64,000 bases of DNA from Octopus vulgaris (lineage: Eukaryota), in the NCBI GenBank assembly GCA_951406725.2, contig OX597814.1, forward strand, positions 138,508,001 through 138,572,000, read 5' to 3'. Position numbers and translations under genes: made by a program. Positions 28,151-40,934 of this stretch are shown here, piece by piece; within the stretch, counting starts at the first letter, position 1; each line of letters starts with the position of its first letter. Under the pieces are notes generated by a model. The model saw nothing but the letters and a program-made list of their open reading frames with translations. It had not been told where the DNA came from and ran no database searches.

Positions 28151-28504
28151 TAATATTATCAGTCGAAACATAAAACATAAATTCTCGGAAGTAATTCATC
28201 AGAAGTAAATCATCTACAGGAGAATTTGACTTCCTTCTCAAGATCTGACGACACACCTCTTTAGTTTCAGTCCAGATGCTTTTCCAGTTGTTTAATAACA
28301 TTTGCACCAAAGTTACATATTTCTTTTTCTTAGATCCACTTTTCTTATCAATTCTCTGATCAACTTACTTTATAGCTTCAATAAAATTTTCAAGACAATG
28401 TTGTTTGATCCTTCTGTTTTTCCTATGCTTTTCGAGTACTATTGAACATTTTTATATTAAATATACATATCTCTAAATTGTGAAGGCGCAATATAGAGAC
28501 ATGT

Positions 28505-28803
28505 ATAGAAGTTAGGGCAGCGGACTCGCAGTTGTAGGATCGCAGTTTCGATTCCCAGTCCGGGCGTTGTGAGTGTTTATTGAGCGAAAACACCTTAAGC
28601 TCCACGACGCTCCGACAGGGGTAGGTGGTGATCCCTGCTGTACTCTTTCAGCACAACTTTCTCTCACTCTTCCTTCTGTTGACCTGCTCACTTAGCGAAC
28701 GGGGTGGTGTCATTTGAAGGCTAAAACAATGCGAAGCGCTGTGTGATCAGCGATGTGTAGCAACATCTGATAGCCTGGTCGGTCACTGTGATCACAGTGA
28801 TAT
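28505..28803 (+). mobile_element. tRNA-derived SINE sharing its head with family C but with a different tail
   Basis: gttagggcagcggactcgc...ttcgattccc...aaacaccttaagctccacg matches the 3918-4225 head; the 3' part differs. Confidence 0.75.
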
Positions 28804-29289
28804 CTCTATATTAATAGTTTCAGAATTAATAACCAGCATCCAAGCGTTTGATATGCCAAACGCATAGTTATGAAACACATAAAAGTATATAAAAAAACGA
28901 TAACTGTTTTTGCACAAATACCTGTCTATTAATGTTCAATGAATTCTAGTTTTGTCAGGTAAAAAACGTTATCTTCTAAGTAAATTGTTATAAATCCAAC
29001 TGGTTAGTAATGACTATTCAGAAGATTACATAGTTTTTCGACTAGTGCATCGAAACTTTCGATTTATGAACACACTCTTCATTTGTAAACGAATATCTTT
29101 CTCCACCAAATCTCCTTTTCTTAGACAATATTTCTTGTAGAAATTCAAAAAATTATTTAATACTAAATGCACGAGTATTTTATTCGTTTTCATCTTATAA
29201 CAATGAAAGTATTTTCCTGGAAAATTTTGGATATTTTGAAATTTACGTTCTCCTACCATTAGAAAACTACGGCTCGGAAACGTAGGATA

Positions 29290-29900
29290 AGGCTGAACAG
29301 TGGTGGGAAGTGATGAAATTGAAGAGTTAAGCTACTTCTATTTGGGACTGATAGTAAATATGTATCGAGATATGGACGCTGAACTCTCACATAGTGTAAG
29401 AGCAAAGTGGAAGGTAATTGTCTCGATTAAAATGTATTCAAAGTCCAGCTGGACAAAACACGGCTTGCCAATCTCTTCAATATCACTGTGCTACTCGCGT
29501 TCTCATACGTAAGTGTAATGTAGGCTACCACAAAGGAGGAAAAACAGAACTGGATGCGACACTGAGGACCATGAAATGGTCCATGGTAAGAATATATTAT
29601 TTCGAGTGCATATTCAAAACTAAGTGATTCAAGAATGAAGTGAAGTGAACGATATTATTCCAAAATAACCTAAGTACAAGTTCTACTGTGTCGGACATGT
29701 GGCAAGGTTCGCAAAAAAAAACAAAAAACAGGCTGAGACGGGAAATTGTCAAGTGTTATTTAAAGGATTGGAATAGATAATTTGGTACAACTGTAGACTA
29801 GTGGGGAAATGACAAAGTCAAACAATTCGGACCCAAACGGAAGAGAAAGGTGCATCGAAAGGGAAGAATGAAAGTTTATGATCAGCGATGAAAGGAGACA
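29290..29900 (+). mobile_element. Highly decayed RTE-like LINE C-terminal region
   Basis: EIEELSYFYLG..VNMYRDMDAELSHSVRAKW and YCVGHVARFA resemble the RTE IE.V..Y.YLG...EI.RR...AW and WAGHVAR motifs. Confidence 0.6.
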
Positions 29901-31963
29901 TCTAATTGTCTTGTCGATAAAAAAATAAGCTCCTTGTATAAGATCGAAAGTTGTATTGGAAATGTATCGATCATTCTACTTCGCGATGAAACGGAAATTA
30001 ATAGTATAATTAATAACCCTAAATTATAATTATCTTTAAGATGATTTGTATACAGATATTTCAGAAGTATCAATCTGAATCTGTGTATATGCGTGTGTGT
30101 CCACGCGTGGTTGTGTGTGCATGTCTGTGAGCGTGAATGCTATGAGGGTAAAAAAAAAATATTTCTATAATGTTATTCAATAAAGTCGCATTCTGCTTCA
30201 ACAACTGCTTCTATATGAGGTCTAAATCATCTACATGCTCGAATTAGGTGGTCCTGGCTCATTTTGGACATTTCTCTAACTATAGCAGCTTTCAAAGAAT
30301 CTTTGGTGTTTTGCGCGTGTTCATTGACCTCTCTCTCAACAACGCTCCACATCTAATAGTCGCAGACGAAAGATCTGTCAATTTTAAAAACCGAGAACTT
30401 CTAAATCGCTATGCTCAGCCTTTATAACCACAATAACAGCATGCCTCTTCATTTCTTGAGTAAGCTGAGGGTCTGCTATTATTATTTTCTGAAAAATGAT
30501 TATACAGAGTTAGCAAAAAATGCAACAATGACCCAAAAACCGTATGTCCTTAAATACCTTATGCACCTTGTACATATATGTGTGGGTTGGGTCTCTTACT
30601 AAGATATAATTCAGTCAGTTAGGGACGTATAATTGATTCAAAGTGTAATAGGACTGGCAGGGCTTAAAACGGACACAATGACCGAAATCGGACAAATCTG
30701 ACCAAGCACAGCTGAGACGTAGTATCGCTAATCCCTTCACCGCATGATATAATCCGTTCGTTCCACAGGAAAAATAGTCTATTCCCAATAAAAATGGAAA
30801 GAAACTACATAAAGGGTTAAACGTTAACATTTTCAAAGTAATCTTATAGAAAGCGCGCTGTTGGCTTCTTTCTTTTTATTTATTTGAAGTGGGATGGGGG
30901 CATCAGATATTCCTGATATTCACTTCTTTGGTTTTGGGGACCTTGGTTTTTTTTATTATGCCGGAGGCTAAACAAATACAGAATTTATTTGGGTTAAACT
31001 AATCATAGACCGGTGGATTATTGAAAAATATAGAATACTGAAAAAATAGGAAGAAGCATGTTTGACATAGGCAGATATTTCGAATTTTAACACAAGAAAA
31101 ACAACAAAGCTGAGCATAATTTAATTCACCAGCCCCTCGTTAACTGATATTGCATCAATAGGAGAGAGAACTTTTCCCAATTTCTTAAGAATTCAAATTT
31201 ATCATCCTTTATATAAAAGTTAATTTTTTAAACAAGTCAATAATTTTTTGGACAAAGGAGTAGGGATAGAGTGGAAGAGAGAAATGAATGTTCGTTAAAT
31301 CAATGTATTACACTTAAATGAGTACACGCACACTTAAAAAAATAAGGCGTGAGCACTCATATATAGACGTATATGTATGTTTGTTTGTATGTATGTATGT
31401 ATGTGTGTGTGTGTATGTATACATGCAAGCATGCATGTATGTATGTATGTATGTATGTATGTATGTATGTATGTATGTATGTATGTATGTATGTATATAT
31501 ATATATACCAACACACATATGCATATATTTATATATATATGTACACACAGACACACTGACATACATATAGATAAATATGTATTAATAAATAAACACATGC
31601 AGACGCATGTAAACATGAATATAACTATACACATACATGTGTGTGTGTGTGTGTGTGTGTGCATCCGTATACATCGATTGTACAAACAAATGTGTGCATA
31701 TATATTAAGTCAAACTCAGGAGTATAAATGCACGTAAACTCACGAGCACATACATAGACGCAGCAAGTAAACACACGCACAGCCACGCAAATATATATGT
31801 ATCCGTATGTATGTTTATATGTATATGCATATATGTATACATGCATATATGTGCGCGCGTGTATGTATGTCTGTCATTGTATACATAAATATAAATACAT
31901 ACATATATATATGTGTAATATATACAATATATATGAACATAATATATGTATGCATGTATACAT

Positions 31964-32026
<63 letters not shown>

Positions 32027-32836
32027 CACACACACACACAAATAAATGTTATACATCAATATAGTATTACAGTAAAACACACACAGTAAGAGAAGAGGCC
32101 AAAGAGGTGAGAAAGAGAAAGCAATGACAAATTGTTTCTCATTCATAAAGCATGTTTACCTAATATATTCGATTCGATCATTCGTCAATAGGTTATTGAA
32201 TAGACAATTGCTGCTGCCAATAATGTTAAACTGTGAGGCTATGAAATTGAAATTCGTCAGAAGAGAATCTAAAGCAGAGACCAGCAATCGATTCTCTAAG
32301 CACTCTTAATATCTCGATCAGTGCTTTATACTGGAAGTTAATTAAACACATCCATTTGGAAGCATTGATTTGAAATAAATAACAAACCAAAGAAAAAAAA
32401 ATGAAAACTGAATCGATTCACGTCAATATTTGAAATTCAGTTCATTGTGGAAGAGAACACAACTGTGACATTTTATTGAACAGCAAAACAAACTTATCGT
32501 ATACCACACCAGTGACAATGGGATCAGAATTGACCATAGAACGGAAAAGTATTTGTTGTTTCTGTCATTCATACCAAGCGATCAGCTACAATAGGCTTCC
32601 TTTCCGCACTAATTTTTATTTTCTATAAAATTATCTCTACTGAGTTACACAGAATAGCGAAAGCAGTTGTGTAGTTGTTAAGTTCATCTCAAAAATATTG
32701 AGCCTGTCTGTAACATAATTTCTAGTTCTCGTTGTTGATACGTTGAATCACGTGTGCCACTTACAAGAAAAGAATAAACTCTTTCAATTAGAAAAAAAAA
32801 AAACTGTACGTCACAATTGCAATTTCCTGTCGTGTG

Positions 32837-33209
32837 TATTGCCTCCGCCTTCGCTAAGGCGGAGGTATTGTTTTCATTTCGTGCTTGTTTGTTTGTCCGT
32901 GGACAAGATATCTCAAGAGCCGCAGGATGGATTCGAATGAAACTTTCAGGGATGTTTGGTCTCGTGACTGGCATGAACTGATTAGATATTGGGATCGATC
33001 CGGTGCCGGACAAGGATTCTGGATTATTTTTCCTGTTTTTTTTTTACTTAATTTTTGAGAGGGGTCGGGTTCAGTTTTAGTATTCTCGTTTGTGAGAGCA
33101 GTCAAGTTTATTTCAGATATTCTCATTTTAAAAATCATCTCTGGCTTATCGTTGAGAGGATGTTGGTGTTGCCTTGGCGGAGGTTTGCACTCTCCGAGTG
33201 CTCTTGTTT
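32837..33209 (+). mobile_element. Helentron-associated non-autonomous element (HINE/DINE-1-like)
   Basis: 5' subterminal hairpin cctccgcctt-cgct-aaggcggagg, 3' subTIR ggcggagg followed by hairpin gcactc-tcc-gagtgc, T-rich ends, and an internal (gttt)n tract. Confidence 0.85.
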
Positions 33210-34075
33210 ATTGTTGCTATCGTTGTTGTTGTTTGACTGCCCCTCCCCAACCCACCCCGGCCCGGACCCGATTTATTGGACCAATTATAAAACAATTTTA
33301 ATCATAGAATGTCAGAAAATAGACTGTCAAATGTCCTCTTGCTTTGTAAGACTTGTGTCTATGTGTGGTTATTTGAGGGTAAGTTACCTGATATTTCTTA
33401 CACAGAAACAAGTACACATATACACACCATCAAATATACACACACATAAGTAAATAAATACATAGATACATATGGCATGTATTTATTGTACAAATACAAG
33501 TAGATAAATACATGCACATATATAAAGGTTTGCTATACAACCGTCTGGTTCCAGTTTCGAGTCCACTGGGTGGCACATTGGGCTGCTGTCATCTGCCGTA
33601 ACTTCTGGCTGATGTCAATGACTTGTTAATGCAATTTAGTATGCACAAAGTATGTGGAATGCCGCTATGTGTGTGTGTGTGTGTGTCGCGGTATTGACCA
33701 GGGCATCGAGCAAAGTGCAAGATGTCCGGATTTGTAGAGCAGCCGGTTTTATATATGAGTTAGCCTTCTAGAGGAGTACCTTGACAAATACCAGGGTTCA
33801 TCACTTCGAGCGAGCTTACCGCGCCCTCCGATATCAGCCCGAGCGTTTCTATGACCCGTCGCCCGTAAGCTAGTTGACCCATAGGTGGCACTCTGACAGT
33901 TGTTACTACTCCGAGTCAAAGTAGTCTTGGGAACAATAATGGCTAAGGAGTGCTTCCACACTTTTCAAGAATCTGGAACTCCTGAACGAAATCCCCACAA
34001 CCGGATGCAGTTTAAACATCATATCCAGAACATACATACATACATACATACATACATACATACATACATACATAC

Positions 34076-34645
34076 AAACTGAAGATCAATGAAAAGGAGA
34101 ATACCTACGCTGAACTACTGAGAAATCTGCAGTTACTCTATCCAGATTACAAATTCAGGTTTATACCTGTAATTATTGGGGCACTAGGGTATGTAACATA
34201 CTGCCCAAATATCAATCTTAAGAAATTAGGCTTCTCAAAACCAGAAAAGAGGAAGCTGATTGGAACACTACAGATCCAGTCCGTTACTGGAACTGTAAAA
34301 ATCTGTAAAACTTTCCAGACGTTTATCATTTAAATATATATGAGCATGTCTAGATATGCAACTATATGCATGAGAATACACACATAAAGCAAAACATACA
34401 AATCTGCATACATACATACATACATACATACATACATACATACATACATACATACATACATACATACATACAAGCGTACATACATACATACATACATACA
34501 TACATACATACATACATACATACATACATACATACATACATACTCTGTTGTTGATGTTGAAATTCCAATGAAGGAGACTTGGATCTATATTGGAAATCTG
34601 CTCTTTCTCTATTGGCAAGAAATATTGAAATAAACTGAATAATGA
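34076..34645 (+). mobile_element. 5'-truncated RLE non-LTR retrotransposon in (CATA)n, with internal (CATA)n in the 3' UTR
   Basis: Open 85-codon frame 34076-34333: KLKINEKENTYAELLRNLQLLYPDYKFRFIPVIIGALGYV...LQIQSVTGTVKICKTFQTFII* (the PVIIGALG motif is typical of RLE elements). 3' UTR segments at 34334-34406 and 34544-34645. Confidence 0.85.
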
Positions 34646-34719
34646 CATGCATACATACAAACATACATACATACATACATACATACATACATTCAAGCGT
34701 ACAAACATACATACATACA

Positions 34720-34751
<32 letters not shown>

Positions 34752-35442
34752 CATACATACATACATACATACATACATACATACATACATGCATACATAC
34801 ATACATACATACATACATACATACATACATACATACATACATACATACATACACACATACATACATACAAGCGTACAAACATACATACATGTATCAGTTT
34901 TTAATATAAAAAATCTGCATGTATGGGCATGTGTATATTTTTACACAGCATTTTTAAATGCTATATATTTCCCATTTCTTCACTCGTTGAGTTCTTTATT
35001 CATGAAGTAAATCTTTCCAAAATGCTGTGCCAAAATATATGCATGTTCTCACGTACATGTTTGGGATATTAAAGACTAAGAAATTTGAGTGAAAATTAAG
35101 TATTTATGTTTTACTCCGTTGAGATTGAAATGTTTTGCATAAACGTATGTACTGATGTATGTATGTATGTATGTATGTATGTATGTATGTATGTATGTAT
35201 GTATGTATGTATGTATGTATGTATGTATGTATGCATGTATGTATGTATGTCTGTATGTATGTCTGTAGGCATGTATGCATGTATGTATATTCACACGCAC
35301 ACGCACAGACACACACACATACACACACACACAAGTATGTATATGTGTATATTACATGCTCAGTCAGTGTTACTTTATTTCTAATCTATAAAAAAGCATG
35401 TATATCACTCTTTGTCTGTCTGTCTCTCTGCCTATATATACT

Positions 35443-35673
35443 TTTATTCTTTTATTTGTTTCAGTCATTTGACTGCGGCCATGCTGGAGCACCGCCTTTA
35501 GTCGAGCAAATCGACCGCAGGACTTATTCTTTGTGACCCTAGTGCTTATTCTATCGGACCCTTTTACCGAACCGCTAGTTGACGGGGACGTAAACACACC
35601 AGCATCGGTTGTCAAGCAATGTTGGGGAGGAAAGAACAAACATACACACACACACAAACATATACACATACCT

Positions 35674-35745
<72 letters not shown>

Positions 35746-35748
35746 GAC

Positions 35749-35782
<34 letters not shown>

Positions 35783-35953
35783 CAGGTATATATATATATA
35801 TATACGACGGGCTTCTTTCAGTTTCCGCCTACCAAATCCTCTTTCAAGACTTTGGACGGCTCGAAGCTATAGTAGAAAACACTTGCCCAAAGTGCTACGC
35901 AGTGGGACTGAACCCGGAGCCATGTGGTTGGTAAGCAAGCTACTTACCACACA
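35443..35953 (-). mobile_element. Full-length SINE family A with expanded internal (TA)/(CA) microsatellite
   Basis: Minus-strand head gtggtaagtagcttgcttaccaaccacatggctccgggttcagtcccactgcgtagcac and tail ggtgctccagcatggccgcagtcaaatgactgaaac. Confidence 0.9.
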
Positions 35954-36566
35954 TCAGTTTATATATACGTGTGAGTATGCATTTTCAACCCTTATAATGC
36001 TTAAGATATCTATAATATATCGCATATTGAACAGAAGCCTACTCTGGATATCCCTATTGATTTTTCATTATATTTAATCGATATTTGCTCTCCACCTGTC
36101 ATACCAATCACTTCAATATTTACTTTCCTTAACTGTTCAAATACGCGTATATCATTTTTTGCTTGTTTTCAGAATGATTTGAAAAGTTTTTGTTAAGGAA
36201 ACTTCGAAGATATGACCTTCTTGAAAATCAAATATTCCAGCCTGACTTATGCATTCATAAATTTAATATATCTCTCTTTATGTAAATGCATACTCGCACC
36301 TGCGCTCACACAAACACATACGCAGATATGCATATACGTACATCTATATCAGTGTGTGTGAGCTTGTGCGTGCGTACATAGACACACGCACACGCACACA
36401 CACATTCATACACACATCCATACACACACATATGATATCAATAGTATAGATACGTTTATGATAAATATATACATATATTCACACATACACACACAAATAT
36501 ATATATCTAAGTCCATACATATGCATATATTGATACATATATGTACTGATATAAATATATAATTAG

Positions 36567-36612
<46 letters not shown>

Positions 36613-36650
36613 CAGCATGGTGGTATCTCGTAGATACATTAATTTATAAT

Positions 36651-36686
<36 letters not shown>

Positions 36687-36723
36687 TATATTTATATATA
36701 CATATATATATATATATATATAC

Positions 36724-36754
<31 letters not shown>

Positions 36755-36780
36755 TATCTATATATATGTATATATATATG

Positions 36781-36830
<50 letters not shown>

Positions 36831-36977
36831 CATATATATATACACATATATATATATATATATATACATACATATATATATATGCATATATGTATGAGTA
36901 TATATACATATATATATATGTATATACATGCATACATACATACATACATACATACATACATACATACATACATACAT

Positions 36978-37200
36978 GGTTAATCCAAAAAAAGAAGAAA
37001 AATGCGAGAAGAAAAACCAACAATACAAGGATGTGGTACATGCAAAGTATTAACAGACATTCAGGGAAGGAAAGAAAATTAGTTTTACGTTTCGAGCAAA
37101 GCTCTTCGTCAAAAACAGGAGACAGAGGGAAGTCCTACAGAAAAAGAAGACAGAGGAAAAAATCGCCAACAATCCACATGTAGTTACATTTTGAAAGTAT
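36978..37200 (-). mobile_element. Penelope-like terminal fragment with degenerate minimal hammerhead (37082-37116)
   Basis: Homologous to 48325-48480. The minus strand reads tTGACGA-a-gagc-ttt-gctc-GAAA-cg-TA. Confidence 0.6.
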
Positions 37201-37562
37201 ACATACATACAAACATACATACATACATACATACATACATACATACATACATACATACATACATACATACATACATACATGCACACATACATACATACAT
37301 ACATGCACACATACATACATGCATATGAATATATACTTATTAAAAAAAGTTTACAACCCCATTAACCTGACAAGGTATAAAATAGCATGGACGGCTTAAT
37401 ATGGAATTCGTTAAAAGGCTGTCAATTTTGCATTTAAATAGACATATGTAAATGAAGTTATCCGACCCTTACACGTTTTTTGCGATAAAGCCTAAAACCT
37501 AAAGCGTAAATGTAAATGAATCTATATATCTACATACCTACGCATATATATACATGCATGCA

Positions 37563-37609
<47 letters not shown>

Positions 37610-37909
37610 TTGTATGTATGTATACATATATATATATATAAATACATACAAAAAACATATAAATCTCACTCTCTCTCTCTATCTATATATATACATATAT
37701 ACACATGAATTTTTAATATACATGTATGCACACACAATATATATATCACATTATTATTAGTAGTAAAAGTTGTTTGCCGGAGGAAAATTGAAGTAGTCAA
37801 TGCTTGTATTATAGATACATACACACATACATACACGCACACACGTGCATGCACGTGTACACACACGCACACACATGCACACACACGCACACACACGCAC
37901 ACACATGTA

Positions 37910-38520
37910 TATGGTGTTCCGCTAGGCCCTGTTTTGGAACCAGAACAGTCCATAATAGCCCTTCAGATATGCCCTAAGCCACACTGAAAACCATGACCAC
38001 AAGTCATGCAGATGATACAAAAATCTCACATGTGATACAGAACACTGAAGATACTAAGCACTTGCAACGCGGGTTAGATGAAATATATAAGTGGGCTGAG
38101 AAGAATAGCATTCATTTAAAAGCTGAAAAGTTTCAAGTCTTCTGTTATAAGCATGCAAAACTAAATGCAATACGAATTGAATACACTGGAATTGGAGGGA
38201 TTGGAATCCCAGAGACATAATGAGTGCGAGACCTGGGCATTTACATGAGTAATGATGCATCCTTCCATGTTCACGTTGCTAAGTCGGCAATGAAATGCAG
38301 GCGGCCGACCTGATGGATTCTTAGAACTTTTAGAACGAGAGATCAGGAAACTGTGATGGTCCTCTGGAGGACATTTGGCCAAAGCTTTGGCTATTGCTTT
38401 CAGCTATGATTACCAACCAGTGTAAACTTAATTGTAGAACTTGAGGCAATCCAACGAAGCTATACGAAGGAGACAGCCTCTATGCAGCATATAAGCTACC
38501 GGGAAAGACGCAAAAGATTT
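37910..38520 (+). mobile_element. Decayed CR1/L2-group LINE RT C-terminal half
   Basis: GVPLGPVLEP, SHADDTKIS...LQRGLDEIYKWAEKNSIHLKAEKFQV, VRDLGIYMSND, WILRTFRTRD, ELEAIQRSYTK. Confidence 0.85.
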
Positions 38521-38723
38521 CAACGCATCTACAACAAATGACATATCCACCACAACCTTAGAACACCACACATGCAAATATTAAAAAAGATACGTTCAAA
38601 AGAGATACCCAAGAATTCATTAAAAACAGTCTCAATCACTGCTATAATCCACAACGAATCAATAACTTTTAGATCTCTTGACTATTTAACATCCTACTAC
38701 TATCATACCATCCCGTTCTCTCA

Positions 38724-39150
38724 CATTTAAGTGGTAAAATATACTTCACATTGTAGTGCAGCTACTGTTTATACCTCATTCAGAGATTTATTATTGCTTG
38801 TTTACACCTTTTCGAGATCAGTGACTTTTCGTCACTGGAAAAAGGATATATGTATTTGCATTGGGACCCCTTCGCATCGGAGACCGGTGATTGTCGTACG
38901 CTGAAGACGGGTAAATATTCAGAAACCCGGGTCCGTGCGTATCACGTCAGGTCGACGATGGAAAGGATGGCTTCCCTTTGCAAATACTGATAGGACACAG
39001 AAAGTGTGTCAATAGTCAGCTAGAGATGTTCTCTTGGGGCTACAACCTACCGTGGCATCCACCTTTAGTGGTTAGCCACATTTAAGTGGCAAATATATTT
39101 CAGATTGTCGTGCAGCTACTGTTTATACCTCGTTCAGAGATTTATTATTG
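38724..39150 (+). mobile_element. Partial tandem repeat (unit ~355 bp) containing a hammerhead; pLTR/retrozyme-like
   Basis: A ~75-bp direct repeat (cacatttaagtgg...gcagctactgtttatacctc.ttcagagatttattattg) at ~38724-38796 and ~39077-39150 brackets a hammerhead motif. Confidence 0.65.
38895..38939 (+). ncRNA. Minimal type I hammerhead ribozyme motif
   Basis: cgtacg (stem I) - CTGAAGA - cgggt aaat attca (weak stem II) - GAAA - cccggg (palindromic stem III) - TC - cgtgcg (stem I'). Predicted cleavage after C38933. Confidence 0.7.
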
Positions 39151-39163
39151 ATTATCATCATCA

Positions 39164-39293
<130 letters not shown>

Positions 39294-39379
39294 GTGGTGA
39301 AAACTCACAGTTTATTATTTATGCTGGATATGATGGAAAGTGTCAGGTGTCCACAGCCAGCAGTCTAAGGTGACAATTA

Positions 39380-39870
39380 TTGGTCATGTTTCAAGAACCC
39401 TGCTAGAGCGGGAACCACTTATTGGAGATCGTGACAGACACTCTCTACTGGCCTACCTACCGTCGTATCGTCCAGGTTGAAAAGAGCCGTGATGCACCGA
39501 GCAACGCAGTCCACCTGGAGAGCGAATAAGAGGTGTGGCCAAAAGGATCGTCCTGTTGAACGCCGGTCGAAGATGACGTGACTTTATCTGTGCTGAGGAG
39601 CTTGCTCGGAATCCTGTACGACAGGTAAGCCAGTGGGTAGGCAGATGGGGCGCGGCTGAGGCAGGTCTGTAGCAAGTGGTCACGATGCAGACAGTTGAAG
39701 GCGTTTTTCATGTCAAAATTGACAATGAGGTGTTTGGAGTCATTCGATGTTAACTCAGGGGAAGAGTTATTGAAAACTGTCCAGCGGCATGGGCAGCTCC
39801 CTCGTACTCGCTGGCTACGCCTACCCGCAAGCTATACCACGCTGAGTTCCTCGTCAAGTTCGGATGCAAC
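39380..39870 (-). mobile_element. CRE-clade non-LTR retrotransposon RT fragment
   Basis: DMKNAFNCLHRDHLLQTCLSRAPSAYPLAYLSYRIPSKLL...SSSTGVQQDDPFG matches the CRE pattern DF.NAFN.L.R...P..YP....Y..PS.L...S..GVQQGDPLG. Confidence 0.75.
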
Positions 39871-40072
39871 TGCAGAACAGTAAACTATGCACAATCGTAA
39901 ATTTACTTCACTATTCTTCCATCACTATTTTGCTTGACATTTTGAAGTATATGTTTCATTTATGGGATCACAACAATCAGGAAGTGTTTTCTGCATTTGA
40001 CAAAATCATTATAATAATATTTGTGTCGTGCTCACTACTGTATTTTTCCACCGAATAATGATTCTATATGAA

Positions 40073-40275
40073 CCCTTTTTGTTACCATGTTTTTGCTTCA
40101 ATTAGTTAAGAAAATAACGAAGCATTAACTTAAATAACTTTGTCATTTCTAAAGCTAACGTTTGGAAGATAAATTAAAGTAAAATTTTAATGGAAGGTTA
40201 AATATAGATCAGTCTAAAACAGGATGTTTGTGGCATAAAACCAGAGGAAATCTTGGCGGATTGGCATCAAAAAGG
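40073..40275. mobile_element. Possible piggyBac-type MITE
   Basis: Ends (tg)aa-ccctttttgttacca ... tggcatcaaaaagg-ttaa: degenerate TIRs with a TTAA-like target. Confidence 0.45.
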
Positions 40276-40895
40276 TTAATACTTCCTGCATTAAACATTC
40301 TCTTTGACCACTGACTCTCATTTCTTCCATGTGCATATCACCTGTATATATTATTATTTGATAAATATCAGTTCTGACCTGAACACATGTTAGCATTGTT
40401 TGGGTCTTTCATTCTCTTAAATCAGACGGAATTGGTCTCTCAAATTTATAAAGACAGGGTATAGCCGAGAAAATGAATTTCACTAGATTACCGCTAGTCA
40501 TTTCATCGATCTCAGAGTGATGAAAAGCCAAGTCCATTTCGGTGGCAGTTTGAACTCAGAAATACAAACAGACGCCACTAAATATCTCAAAGCAGTTAAG
40601 TTTCATGCTCTACCGTTTTCCAGGTTCCCCCATCTTTCTAGTGTTGATAAAATTAGCACCAATAACATACGCGTGTTAAATTAATTAAATTCAATACACA
40701 CACACACGCACACGCACACACACGCACACACACGCACATACTCAACCACTCGCTTTCACACATATGTACGTGTTTGGATGCCATACATATGTATAATATA
40801 TATAAATGTATAACTACGTACATATAGATGTGTATTCATGTATATATATATATATATATATATATATGGAGAGAGAGAGAGAGAGAGATAAATAT

Positions 40896-40934
<39 letters not shown>

